Shown: positions 29,235 to 38,762 of the stretch, piece by piece
Numbering within the stretch: the stretch's first letter is position 1
Layout of the letters: each line of letters opens with the position of its first letter
Assembly (NCBI GenBank): GCA_042216675.1
Contig: JBDGTS010000019.1
Span: forward strand, 1 to 48,569
Length of the DNA: 48,569 bases
Reading direction: 5' to 3'
Source of the DNA: Halobacteriaceae archaeon
GTDB lineage: Archaea > Halobacteriota > Halobacteria > Halobacteriales > Halobacteriaceae
Translations under genes and position numbers: made by a program
Notes under the pieces: model-generated
The model's input: the letters and a program-made list of their open reading frames with translations, nothing else
The model's database searches: none
Told to the model about the DNA's origin: nothing

Positions 29235-30086
29235 TCAGAAGCTGACCTCGGAGCCGACGTAGATGACGACGACGAGGAATATCCAGACGGCGTCGACGAA
29301 GTGCCAGTACATCGCGACGGTGGAGATGGACGTGTCACGCTCGGCGTTGTACTGGCCCACAAGCGCCCGCGCGAAGACGATGGCGATGAGCACCGCGCCG
29401 AGGGTGACGTGGAGGCCGTGCAGGCCCGTCAGGCCGTAGAACGCGCTCCCGAAGACGCCCTCGGTGAGCGTGAAGCCCTCGTGGACGATGAACTCGTAGT
29501 ATTCGAGCGCCTGCCCGCCGATGAAGACGATGCCCAGCAGCAGCGTCGCGCCGAGGAGGCCGATGAAGCGCCGGCGCTTCCCCTCGTGGAGTGCGACGTG
29601 CGCGAAGTGGAGCGTGATGCTCGACAGCACGAGGATGCCCGTGTTCGCGAGGACCAGCGAGTTGATGAGATGCGGGAGTTCCTGTGGCGGCCACGCGCCC
29701 GTCCGCAGGAAGAAGTAGTAGACGAAGCCGGCGCTGAAGGTGGCGATCTCCGACCCGAGGAACAGTATCATCCCCCAGCGGAGCCCCGTCGACTCGCCCT
29801 CGCCGCCCTCCCAGTAGGCCTTCACGAAGTCGTGGTACACCCACCCGTACAGGCCGACGAGGAAGACGACGGTGCTGGCGATGAACGCGAGTGGCCCCAC
29901 GTTCGACCCCACGACGCTCGACTCGCCGTGGCCCAGTACGTACAGCGCCGCCGCGAGGTACACGCCCGCGACGCCGATAGCGGTGATGAAGGGCCACCAA
30001 CTCGCTTCCCCGAAGCCGTGCGGCCAGTCTTCGACCGCCGGAAGGTGATGGTGATGGTCCTCCGAATCGTCCTCTGCGACACTCAT
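29235..30086 (-). CDS. coxC: Heme-copper oxidase subunit III
   Basis: SWWPF, FLGSE, GSAFYGLTGLHGLHV, YWHFVDAVW. Confidence 0.94.
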   Translation of the reverse strand: MSVAEDDSEDHHHHLPAVEDWPHGFGEASWWPFITAIGVAGVYLAAALYVLGHGESSVVGSNVGPLAFIASTVVFLVGLYGWVYHDFVKAYWEGGEGESTGLRWGMILFLGSEIATFSAGFVYYFFLRTGAWPPQELPHLINSLVLANTGILVLSSITLHFAHVALHEGKRRRFIGLLGATLLLGIVFIGGQALEYYEFIVHEGFTLTEGVFGSAFYGLTGLHGLHVTLGAVLIAIVFARALVGQYNAERDTSISTVAMYWHFVDAVWIFLVVVIYVGSEVSF

Positions 30087-30173
30087 GAACGGCGCTTGCG
30101 AGGCCGTGGATAAAAAGCCTCCCAACCGCGCCCGGAGCGCAACCTACTCTACGCTCGCGCCGAACGGTCCGAC

Positions 30174-31532
30174 ATGCGCCGCGCACACCTGTTGGGGCGG
30201 CTCTCGGGACTTCTGCTCTCCCTGCTGTTCACGGGGACGGCGCTCGCACACGGCGCCAGCCTCGGCGCCCGCGAGGCGAGTGCGACGGACGTGCCGACGT
30301 GGCTCGTCCTGCTCACCGGCGGCGCCGTCGTCGGTGCCTCGTTTCTGCTGGCCTCCTTCGCTACGGACCGGGATTTCGTGCGCTCGCTTCACGAGTGGCG
30401 CCGTCCGGTGTCTCTCCCGCGCGCACCGCTGGCGTGGGTCGGCCGCGCGCTCGGACTCGTCGCCCTCGCCGTCGTCGTCGTGGGTGGCGTCCTCGGGCCG
30501 ACCGACCCACAGCGAAACGTCGCAATCCTCCTCGTCTGGGTCGGCTGGTGGGCGGGGCTGGTGATGGGCGCGTACCTCGTCGGCGACGTGTGGCGCGCGC
30601 TCGACCCCGCTCGAACCGTCAGCCGGGCGCTCCCGGGCGGCGTCCGCCCGCTCCCGTCGTGGCTCGGCGCGTGGCCGAGCGTCGTCGCGTTCCTCGCCCT
30701 CGTCTTCGTCGAAGTCGTCAGCCCGCTCGCGGAGCGCCCCAGCCTCCTCGTCGCCGCCGTCGCGGGCTACGTGACTCTCGCCGTCGCGGGCGCGGTGGCC
30801 GTCGGGCGCGCCGACTGGTTCGAGCGCGTCGACCCGGTGGCGCGCGTCTTCCGTACCTACGGCCGCGTCGCGCCGATTCAGCGGACCGAAGACGGCCTCG
30901 CCGTCTCGCTCCCCGGCGCGGCGCTCGTCGACGCGACGCTCTCGGACGGCGACGTTGCCTTCGTCGTCGCGCTCCTGTGGGGCACCACATTCGACGGCCT
31001 CGTCGCGACGCCGGCGTGGGCCGACGTGGTTGGCCCGGTTTTCGACGCGGGCGTCCCCCCGCGTGCGCTGTACCTCGTCACGCTCGTCGCCGGCTTCGTC
31101 GCGTTCTACGCCGCCTACCGCGCCGCGACGCGGGCCGCCCGCCGCACCGCGCCGACGTACGTCACCGCCGACGCCCTCGCGCGGCGCTTCGCGGCGTCGC
31201 TGTTGCCTATCGCCGCCGGCTACCACCTCGCCCACTACCTCGACTACTTCCTCCGCCTCGCGCCGTCGCTGGCGAGCGCCGCTGTCCACCCGCTCTCGCC
31301 CGTGCCCCTCGTACTGGTCGTGCCGGGATGGCTCGAAGTGGTCAGCCTGTTTGCGGTGCTGCTCGGCCACGTCGTCGCCGTCGCCGTCGCGCACGCCGTC
31401 GCCTTCGACACCTTCCCCGGCCGGATGCAGGCCATCCGGAGCCAGTACCCGCTCACGGTCGTGCTGGTCTGTTACACCGTCGTCAGCCTCTGGATCGTCT
31501 CGCAACCGACCGTTACGCCACCCGGACTATGA
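30174..31532 (+). CDS. Polytopic membrane protein of the cox region
   Basis: About 11-12 TM segments; VWVGWW, SLLPIAAGYHLAHY, SQYP. Confidence 0.8.
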   Translation: MRRAHLLGRLSGLLLSLLFTGTALAHGASLGAREASATDVPTWLVLLTGGAVVGASFLLASFATDRDFVRSLHEWRRPVSLPRAPLAWVGRALGLVALAVVVVGGVLGPTDPQRNVAILLVWVGWWAGLVMGAYLVGDVWRALDPARTVSRALPGGVRPLPSWLGAWPSVVAFLALVFVEVVSPLAERPSLLVAAVAGYVTLAVAGAVAVGRADWFERVDPVARVFRTYGRVAPIQRTEDGLAVSLPGAALVDATLSDGDVAFVVALLWGTTFDGLVATPAWADVVGPVFDAGVPPRALYLVTLVAGFVAFYAAYRAATRAARRTAPTYVTADALARRFAASLLPIAAGYHLAHYLDYFLRLAPSLASAAVHPLSPVPLVLVVPGWLEVVSLFAVLLGHVVAVAVAHAVAFDTFPGRMQAIRSQYPLTVVLVCYTVVSLWIVSQPTVTPPGL

Positions 31533-31777
31533 TTCCACGCACCGCCCCCGACTCGGCACCGACCTGTGACCGCTGCGGAGAGCCGTTCCCCGACGAGCAC
31601 CTGTTAGCGCTCCATCGCGGGCACGCACACGAGGACCTGACGCCCACCGAGCGGAGCGCCTTCGAGGACGCACGCGAGGCCGAGACGGGGTCGCTCCGCC
31701 TGTTCCGACTGCAGGCGCTGGGAGCGCTCGTCCTCCTCTACTTCGGGTTCCTGATGGCGTACGCCGTCGTGACGTAG
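31529..31777 (+). CDS. Small C2H2 zinc-finger protein with C-terminal TM
   Basis: CDRCGEPF..LALHRGHAH; ATGA overlap. Confidence 0.78.
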   Translation: MIPRTAPDSAPTCDRCGEPFPDEHLLALHRGHAHEDLTPTERSAFEDAREAETGSLRLFRLQALGALVLLYFGFLMAYAVVT

Positions 31778-31822
31778 CCGGGAAGCGATGGCTTAACTTA
31801 CGTGGTCGCCCTTGGTTTAGGC

Positions 31823-32188
31823 ATGGCTGGCAACACCGACGCGCACGGCGGGGTCAGCGACCAGTACCCGCGTGCGAGTCCGTGGCCGCTGTTCGTGGCG
31901 CTGGGCTTCGTCCTCTCGGAACTCGGCGTGCTGTTCAACGCGCTCAGCGTCGCCGTCGGGGGGTTGGCGCTGTTCTCCGCGAGCGTCGTCGGTATCTTCC
32001 GCGAGTCGGGCTACGCGCGGACGCTGTGGCGCCCGACGGCCACGATGGGCGCCATCTGGAGCGTCGTCGGCGTCGTGCTGTTCGTCGGCGCGGAGATGCA
32101 CTTCCGCGCGGCGTACGTCGGCGCCGTCGGCGGCCTCCTCCTCGTCGCGGCGCTCGGACTGGCGCTCCGCGAGGCGGGCCGCCTCTGA
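31823..32188 (+). CDS. cox cluster small membrane protein
   Basis: SDQYPRASPWPLFVALG, similar to the SWWP start of subunit III; 4 TM. Confidence 0.78.
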   Translation: MAGNTDAHGGVSDQYPRASPWPLFVALGFVLSELGVLFNALSVAVGGLALFSASVVGIFRESGYARTLWRPTATMGAIWSVVGVVLFVGAEMHFRAAYVGAVGGLLLVAALGLALREAGRL

Positions 32189-32233
32189 GGGAAAGCGCAA
32201 AGCTATTTTGCCGGGGGCGCAGAAACGCCGATA

Positions 32234-32455
32234 ATGGCTTCCACGCTGTTCACCCGGGACACGTTCTTCGACCTTCTCGTCAACATCATCCCCATCGCAA
32301 TCGGTCTCTTCTTCGTCGTCCTCTACACGGTGGTGAACCCGTGGCAGGGCTCGCTGCTCGGACGCGCCATCCAGTACGGTCTCATTCTCGTCCCGCTCGT
32401 AGCCCTCACAATTCTGACGTACGCCGCGGCGAAGCGCATCGAAGTCGAGGAGTAA
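32234..32455 (+). CDS. cox cluster 2-TM protein (DUF6684-like)
   Basis: FTRDTFFDLLVNIIP..NPW..LTY. Confidence 0.75.
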   Translation: MASTLFTRDTFFDLLVNIIPIAIGLFFVVLYTVVNPWQGSLLGRAIQYGLILVPLVALTILTYAAAKRIEVEE

Positions 32456-32494
32456 ACCTAAGCTTTCTTTACCTCATGGTCCCTAGCGTCGTGC

Positions 32495-34261
32495 ATGGCA
32501 AACGAACTGGCGCTAACCATCCTGATGGGGGTGTTGCTCCTCGCCATCGGGCTGTGGCTCACCCGTATCGAGGACTGGCGTTCGTACTCGCCGCTCGGCT
32601 CGGGTGCGAGCGGCTACGGAGAGGCGGGACGTGAGACGACCGCCGAGAAGCCGGCGGGCCTGATGCGGTGGCTGACGACGGTCGACCACAAGGACATCGG
32701 CATTCTGTACGGCATCTTCGGCGTCATCTCCTTCGCGTGGGGTGGCCTGGCCGTCATCTTGATGCGAACGGAACTCGCGACGGCCGCACAGGACGTGGTG
32801 AGCGCCACGATGTACAACGCGTTGCTCACCAGTCACGGCATCACGATGCTGTTCCTCTTCGGGACCCCGATTCTCGCGGCGTTCGGGAACTACTTCATCC
32901 CGCTTCTCATCGGTGCCGACGACATGGCGTTCCCACGCATCAACGCCATCGCGTTCTGGCTCCTCCCGCCCGGCGCGCTCCTCATCTGGGGCGGCTTCTT
33001 CCTCGACCCGCTGTTCGCCAACATCGGCCCGGCGGAGACCTCGTGGACGATGTACACGCCGCTGTCGCTGGGCGCGGGCGCGGGGAACATGGGCGGTGCG
33101 GGCGTCGACCTGATGCTCCTCGGCCTGCACCTCACCGGCGTCTCCGCGACCATGGGTGCCATCAACTTCATCGCGACCATCTTCACCGAACGCGGCGAGG
33201 ACGTGGGCTGGGAGAACCTCGACATCTTCTCGTGGACGATGCTCACCCAGTCGGGGCTCATCCTGTTCTCGTTCCCGCTGCTCGGGAGCGCCCTCGTGAT
33301 GCTCCTCCTCGACCGCAACTTCGGCACGATGTTCTTCGCGACGGAGGGCGGCGGCGCCCTCCTCTGGCAGCATCTGTTCTGGTTCTTCGGCCATCCGGAG
33401 GTGTACATCCTCGTCTTGCCGCCGATGGGCCTCGTCTCGCTCATCCTGCCGAAGTTCTCGGGCCGGAAGCTGTTCGGCCTCAAGTACGTCGTCTACTCGA
33501 CGCTGGCAATCGGCGTCCTCTCCTTTGGCGTGTGGGCACACCACATGTTCGCCACGGGCATCGACCCGCGCCTCCGCGCCTCGTTCATGGCCGTCTCGTT
33601 GGCAATCGCGATACCGAGCGCGGTCAAGACGTTCAACTGGATCACGACGATGTGGAACGGGAAACTCCGCCTGACGACGCCGATGCTGTTCTCCATCGGC
33701 TTCGTCCAGAACTTCATCATCGGCGGCGTCACCGGCGTCTTCCTCGCCGCGGTGCCCGTGGACCTCCTGCTCCACGACACCTACTACGTCGTCGGCCACT
33801 TCCACTTCATCGTGTTCGGCGCCATCGGCTTCGCGGCGTTCGCGGGCATCTACTACTGGTTCCCGATGGTGACCGGTCGGATGTACCAGCGCCGCCTCGG
33901 CGTCTGGCACTTCTGGCTCTCCATCATCGGCTCGAACGTCGTCTTCCTCTCGATGATCGTGCTGGGCTACCTCGGCCACCCGCGCCGCTACGCCACGTAC
34001 GACTTCGGCGGCGCCGCGCCGGTCAGCCTCTACTCGGCGTTCCACCAACTCGCCACCATCGGCGCGTTCATCATGCTGTTCGCCCAGATCCTCTGGGTCT
34101 GGAACATGTTCCAGTCGTGGCGCGAGGGACCCCGCATCGAGAGCGCGGACCCGTGGAACCTCGAAGAGGAGGGGCAGGTCACAAACGAGTGGGAGTGGTT
34201 CGCGTCACGTCGCGAGCAGGAGGTCGCACTCGCTGACGGCGGCGAGGAGTCCGAGAACTGA
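32495..34261 (+). CDS. coxA: Heme-copper oxidase subunit I (A-type)
   Basis: TVDHKDIG, DMAFPRIN, WFFGHPEVY, WAHH, GHFH, PRRY. Confidence 0.96.
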   Translation: MANELALTILMGVLLLAIGLWLTRIEDWRSYSPLGSGASGYGEAGRETTAEKPAGLMRWLTTVDHKDIGILYGIFGVISFAWGGLAVILMRTELATAAQDVVSATMYNALLTSHGITMLFLFGTPILAAFGNYFIPLLIGADDMAFPRINAIAFWLLPPGALLIWGGFFLDPLFANIGPAETSWTMYTPLSLGAGAGNMGGAGVDLMLLGLHLTGVSATMGAINFIATIFTERGEDVGWENLDIFSWTMLTQSGLILFSFPLLGSALVMLLLDRNFGTMFFATEGGGALLWQHLFWFFGHPEVYILVLPPMGLVSLILPKFSGRKLFGLKYVVYSTLAIGVLSFGVWAHHMFATGIDPRLRASFMAVSLAIAIPSAVKTFNWITTMWNGKLRLTTPMLFSIGFVQNFIIGGVTGVFLAAVPVDLLLHDTYYVVGHFHFIVFGAIGFAAFAGIYYWFPMVTGRMYQRRLGVWHFWLSIIGSNVVFLSMIVLGYLGHPRRYATYDFGGAAPVSLYSAFHQLATIGAFIMLFAQILWVWNMFQSWREGPRIESADPWNLEEEGQVTNEWEWFASRREQEVALADGGEESEN

Positions 34262-34269
34262 CGGCTCGG

Positions 34270-34275
34270 TTTTTT
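34270..34275 (+). terminator. Oligo-T terminator after coxA
   Basis: T6 tract 9 nt after the stop codon. Confidence 0.5.
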
Positions 34276-34281
34276 CGCGGT

Positions 34282-34368
34282 TCAGGACAGTACCAGCACG
34301 AACCCGGTGGCGAATATCAGCACGGCAATTCCGGCCAGTACAAGCATCAGGAGTTCCTTCTCACCCAT
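34282..34368 (-). CDS. 28-aa single-TM small protein (not in ORF track)
   Basis: MGEKELLMLVLAGIAVLIFATGFVLVLS*; fills the gap between coxA and the next gene. Confidence 0.5.
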   Translation of the reverse strand: MGEKELLMLVLAGIAVLIFATGFVLVLS

Positions 34369-34426
34369 ACCGGAGTCCGGTGGCGAAAGCGCAAAAGCCT
34401 AACCGTCCCGCGCCGTACCTGCGGCC

Positions 34427-34708
34427 ATGGACGCGGCCACCGAACCGACGGTCACGAGCGGTCGAAACGTCGTCTTCACCGTCATCGGCGTCCTCGTCGC
34501 CGTCGCCGCCACGTTCGGCGTGCTGTTGGGGGCGGTCATTCTTCCCACTCGCGTCGAGGGGCCGCTCCCGAAGGCGGCCCTCGGCCCGGTCACGTTCCCC
34601 ATCACGCCCGTTACGATGGCGATATACGGCGTCGTGATGGTCGGCTCGGTGCTCCTCGTCGGACTCCTGTTGGTGCGATTCGTCTCCGCGCGCTACGTCG
34701 AGAAGTAG
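34427..34708 (+). CDS. cox cluster 2-TM protein
   Basis: Two TM helices; LGPVTFPITPVTMAIYG. Confidence 0.72.
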   Translation: MDAATEPTVTSGRNVVFTVIGVLVAVAATFGVLLGAVILPTRVEGPLPKAALGPVTFPITPVTMAIYGVVMVGSVLLVGLLLVRFVSARYVEK

Positions 34709-34764
34709 GTATCAGATTTGAGGCAACCACACGCTATTTGATACCACGCCACGTACACCCCCGC

Positions 34765-35517
34765 ATGAAGTTCCGAGCCGCCACGCCGTCGGACGCCGGG
34801 ACGGTCCGAGACATCGCTCGCGACTCGTTGTCTGCCTCGTACTCGCCGGCCCTCGACGACGACACCATCGAGGCCGCCGTCGACCAGTGGTACACCAGCG
34901 AGAACATCCAGCGTGCGACCGAGGAGGACGAGACGGCCCTCTTGCTCGCGACAGAGGACGACGAGACGCTCGGCTTCGCGAAGGGCGTCGTCGTCGGGCG
35001 TCGGGAGCCAGTCGGCGAGATTCACTGGCTCCACGTCGCCCCCGAACACCGCGGGCGTGGCGTCGGCGCCCGCCTGCTGGACCGCATCGAGGACGAACTC
35101 GCGGAGGCGGGGGCTGAGCGCTACGCGGGGTTCGTCCTCGACGTGAACGAGGCGGGCGCCGGGTTCTACGGGCGACACGGCTACTCCGAGACGGGGAGCC
35201 GACGCATCGAAATCGGCGACGAGGACTTCCTCGAACTGGAGTTCGGCCGGCGCCCCGAGGACGGTGCGGGCGCGTCGCCGCTCCAACCGGTCACCGTCGA
35301 AGGTGCGACGCGCTACGTCGCCTACGACGAGGGCGAACAGGGCTCGCTGGCCCCATTCTACCCGCTGTACAACGACAGGGAGCGCGAGTCAATGTACGCC
35401 TACCTCTGTGGGAACTGCGAGACGGCCGACGTGGCCGTGAACTCGATGGGCGGCTACGAGTGCAACACCTGCGCGAACCGGCACAAGCCGTCCCGGTGGG
35501 ACGCAGCCTACCTCTGA
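34765..35517 (+). CDS. GNAT N-acetyltransferase fused to a C-terminal zinc-ribbon domain
   Basis: LHVAPEHRGRGVG motif A, N..A.GFY.RHGY; C-terminal CGNC..CNTC..WDAAYL. Confidence 0.88.
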   Translation: MKFRAATPSDAGTVRDIARDSLSASYSPALDDDTIEAAVDQWYTSENIQRATEEDETALLLATEDDETLGFAKGVVVGRREPVGEIHWLHVAPEHRGRGVGARLLDRIEDELAEAGAERYAGFVLDVNEAGAGFYGRHGYSETGSRRIEIGDEDFLELEFGRRPEDGAGASPLQPVTVEGATRYVAYDEGEQGSLAPFYPLYNDRERESMYAYLCGNCETADVAVNSMGGYECNTCANRHKPSRWDAAYL

Positions 35518-35825
35518 CTCCCGGTGAGTCGTTCCCGCCGTCGCTCGAACTCCTCGTCGTCGATGTCGCCCCGCGCGTAGGCTTTTCGCAGTTCGTCGAG
35601 CGCGTCGTCGGACTCCTCGCCGCCCACGCCGTATGCGACGCCGGCGACGGCGAGTGCCAGTAGCCCACCCGCTACGAGGACGACGGGGAGCAACACGACG
35701 CTTCCCGCCATCGGCCCGTGCGCGCCGACCATCGCAGTCGCGAACAGGGCGCCGAGGAACAGGCGCCCGAGGAGGAGGACGGCGACGACGCCGAGGACCA
35801 GTTTCAGGACGTCACTCGTGTCCAT
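35508..35825 (-). CDS. SHOCT domain membrane protein
   Basis: Two TM segments, then ALDELRKAYARGDIDDEEFERRRERL. Confidence 0.85.
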   Translation of the reverse strand: MDTSDVLKLVLGVVAVLLLGRLFLGALFATAMVGAHGPMAGSVVLLPVVLVAGGLLALAVAGVAYGVGGEESDDALDELRKAYARGDIDDEEFERRRERLTGSQR

Positions 35826-35864
35826 AGTTGCGGTGTTGTGATTCGAAGGGGAAAAAGCGTTACG

Positions 35865-37850
35865 TCAGTCGCCTTGCACTTGCGCCTGAATCTCCTCGAC
35901 GATTTCCGGGTTGCGGAGCGTCGTCGTGTCTCCGAGGTCCGCGCCGTTGGCGATGTCCTCCAGCAGACGGCGCATGATCTTCCCGGACCGCGTCTTGGGG
36001 AGTTCGGGCGTGAAGATGACTGCCTCGGGGCGCGCGATTGGGCCGATGGCGTCCTCGACGGCCTCGATTATCTGCTCGCGCAGGTCCTCGCCGCCCTCGT
36101 ACCCGTCTTCGGTGATGACGTAGGCGTAGACGGCCTCACCTTTCACCTCGTGGTCGCCGCCGACGATGGCCGCTTCGGCGACGCCCTCGACGCCGACGAT
36201 GGCGCTCTCGATTTCCATCGTCCCGAGGCGGTGGCCCGAGACGTTCAGCACGTCGTCGACGCGGCCGAGGATGGTCAGGTAGCCGTCCTCGTCCACTTTC
36301 GCGCCGTCCTCGGGGAAGTACACCCACTCGTCGGCCTCGGGGTCCGAGTACTCGGTCCAGTACTCGTCGATGAATCGCTCGTCGTTGTTGTACAGGGTGC
36401 GGAGCATCCCCGGCCACGGGTCGGTGACGACCAGATAGCCCGCGTCGCCCGCGTAGACGGGTTCGCCGCCACCGTCCACCACGTCGGCGCTGATGCCGGG
36501 GAGCGGCGGTCCGGCGGACCCGGGTTTCATCTCGTTCACACCGGGCAGGGTCGTGACCATCATGCCGCCCGTCTCCGTCTGCCACCACGTGTCCACGATG
36601 GGGCACTCCTCGTCCCCGATGTGCTTGTAGTACCACTTCCACGCGCGGGGGTTGATGGGTTCGCCCACCGTCCCCAGCAGTCGGAGCGAGGAGAGGTCGT
36701 GTTCCGCGGGGTACTCCTCGCCCCACTTCATGAACGCGCGGATGGCCGTCGGCGCCGTGTAGAAGATGTCGACGGCGTACTTCTCGACCATCTCCCAGAG
36801 GCGGTCCTTGTCGGGGTAGTCGGGGGTCCCCTCGTACATCACCGTCGTCGTGCCGAGGGACAGCGGTCCGTAGACGATGTAGGAGTGGCCGGTGATCCAG
36901 CCGATGTCGGCCGAACACCAGTACGTGTCCTCGGGTTTCACGTCGAGGACGGCGTGGGAGGTCCACGCCGTGTACGCGAGGTAGCCACCCGTCGTGTGCT
37001 TGACGCCCTTCGGTTCGCCCGTCGTCCCCGAGGTGTACATCAAGAACAGCATGTCCTCGGCGGAGCGTTCGACGGGGTCGACTCGCTCGCCCTGCTGAGC
37101 GGCGACCAGTTCGTCCCAGTCGTGTTGGTTCGCGGCGAGGCCGTGGCCGAAGCCGTCGTCTCCGAGGCGGTCCACGACCACCACGTCCGATACCTCGTGT
37201 TCCACGCCCGCCAGCCCGGTGTTGGCCTTGTCGAGGTGGTCGAGGGGGTCGCCGCGCCGGTAGTAACCGTCCGCGGTGACGAGATACTCCGAGTCGGCGG
37301 AGTTCATCCGAGTCGCGAGGGCGTCCGCCGAGAACCCGGCGAACACGACGGAGTGTGGCGCGCCGATGCGGGCACAGGCCAGCATCGCGATGGGCAACTC
37401 GGGCACCATCGGCATGTAGAGGGTGACCACGTCGTCCTCCTCGACGCCGAGGTCACGGAGGGCTGCCGCGAACTCGTTCACCTCGCGGTAGAGGTCCTGA
37501 TACGTGTACGTCCGCGTCTCGCCGTGTTCGCCCTCCCACTCGATGGCGGCGCGGTTCTTGTCGCCGTTCTCGACGTGCCGGTCCACGCAGTTGTAACAGG
37601 CGTTGAGGCTCCCCTCGGGGAACCACTCGTAGAACGGTTCCTCGCTGTCGTCGAGGACTGTGTCGTACTCCGTCTCCCAGTCGAGCAAGTCGGCCGCGCG
37701 CTCCCAGCACTCCGGCCAGTTCTCCTCGAACTCCTCGTAGATGTCGGGGTCGGAGACGTTCGCCTGTTCGACGAACGATGCGGGGGGCTCGAAGGTTTCC
37801 TGCTCGGCGAGTCGCGCTTCGAGGTCGACCTCCACGCCGTCGTCTGTCAT
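35865..37850 (-). CDS. acs: Acetyl-CoA synthetase (AMP-forming)
   Basis: YTSGTTGEPKG, ADIGWITGHSY, DTWWQTETG, GRVDD, PKTRSGKIMRR. Confidence 0.96.
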   Translation of the reverse strand: MTDDGVEVDLEARLAEQETFEPPASFVEQANVSDPDIYEEFEENWPECWERAADLLDWETEYDTVLDDSEEPFYEWFPEGSLNACYNCVDRHVENGDKNRAAIEWEGEHGETRTYTYQDLYREVNEFAAALRDLGVEEDDVVTLYMPMVPELPIAMLACARIGAPHSVVFAGFSADALATRMNSADSEYLVTADGYYRRGDPLDHLDKANTGLAGVEHEVSDVVVVDRLGDDGFGHGLAANQHDWDELVAAQQGERVDPVERSAEDMLFLMYTSGTTGEPKGVKHTTGGYLAYTAWTSHAVLDVKPEDTYWCSADIGWITGHSYIVYGPLSLGTTTVMYEGTPDYPDKDRLWEMVEKYAVDIFYTAPTAIRAFMKWGEEYPAEHDLSSLRLLGTVGEPINPRAWKWYYKHIGDEECPIVDTWWQTETGGMMVTTLPGVNEMKPGSAGPPLPGISADVVDGGGEPVYAGDAGYLVVTDPWPGMLRTLYNNDERFIDEYWTEYSDPEADEWVYFPEDGAKVDEDGYLTILGRVDDVLNVSGHRLGTMEIESAIVGVEGVAEAAIVGGDHEVKGEAVYAYVITEDGYEGGEDLREQIIEAVEDAIGPIARPEAVIFTPELPKTRSGKIMRRLLEDIANGADLGDTTTLRNPEIVEEIQAQVQGD

Positions 37851-37917
37851 GATCTGTCGGATAGTTTTCGACGCTCGTCTTAAACCTTTGCGCCGTCGCG
37901 AACCGTGCGATTCCGCG

Positions 37918-38730
37918 CTACTGCAGCCGCTTCGTCGACTCCACGAGCGGATGGCGCGCGTAATCCACCACCTCGACGTCGTCGATGCTGGATAGCCCTT
38001 CGCGCTCGGCGGTGCGTTCCATCCCGAGTTGGATGGGCTCCGCGATGACGATGACGTAGGCGTCGATGTCCGCCATGTCGAGGCGCCGCGCGGCCAGCGC
38101 CCGGTGGTGGCCGTCTGCGAGGAGCAGTTTGCCGTCGGGGCCGGCGCGGATGGTGACCAGCGGCTCCGCGAGTCCGCGCTGGAGTTCGTAGCTGCGCCCC
38201 TCGAGTTCGTCGGCGTACACCTCTGACTGGGTGGGTACGAGGTCCGCCAGCGCCACGGACCGACGCTCCTCCCGTGTTTCGACGCCGTGGATGGATTCGA
38301 GCGTGCGGCGCAGGCGCCCCACCTTCTCCGGCGTGGCGCGCTCTATCTGGCTCCGAACCACGTCCGTGTTGCTGATGATGCCCACGAGGTCACCGTCGTC
38401 GTCGACGACGGGCAGTTTCTGGATGCCCGAGCGCAGGATGACGCGCGCGGCGTCGTTCACCTTCATCTCGGGATGGGCGACGAGCAAGTCCTCGCTCATC
38501 ACCGCCTCGACTGGGGTCTCCGACTCGACGCCCAACAGGTCTCGGGCCGTCACGAAGCCGACGACACGTTGCCCTTCACACACCGGGAAGCCGTTGTGGC
38601 TCCGGCTCTGACTCATCCGCTCGGCGACGACCTCGACGCTATCGCCGGGTTCGACGGTCACCACGTCCGTGGTCATGTAGTCGCTCACGAGCGGCGTTTT
38701 GCCGCCGTCCGGCGACTCGGCAACGTCCAT
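37918..38730 (-). CDS. CBS-pair + ParB/Sulfiredoxin-like domain protein
   Basis: Tandem CBS (HNGFPV, IQKLPVV..GIIS) followed by LVPTQ..LADGHHRA. Confidence 0.88.
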   Translation of the reverse strand: MDVAESPDGGKTPLVSDYMTTDVVTVEPGDSVEVVAERMSQSRSHNGFPVCEGQRVVGFVTARDLLGVESETPVEAVMSEDLLVAHPEMKVNDAARVILRSGIQKLPVVDDDGDLVGIISNTDVVRSQIERATPEKVGRLRRTLESIHGVETREERRSVALADLVPTQSEVYADELEGRSYELQRGLAEPLVTIRAGPDGKLLLADGHHRALAARRLDMADIDAYVIVIAEPIQLGMERTAEREGLSSIDDVEVVDYARHPLVESTKRLQ

Positions 38731-38762
38731 ACTAACGCTGAACGCCCCCACGGCAAAAGACT

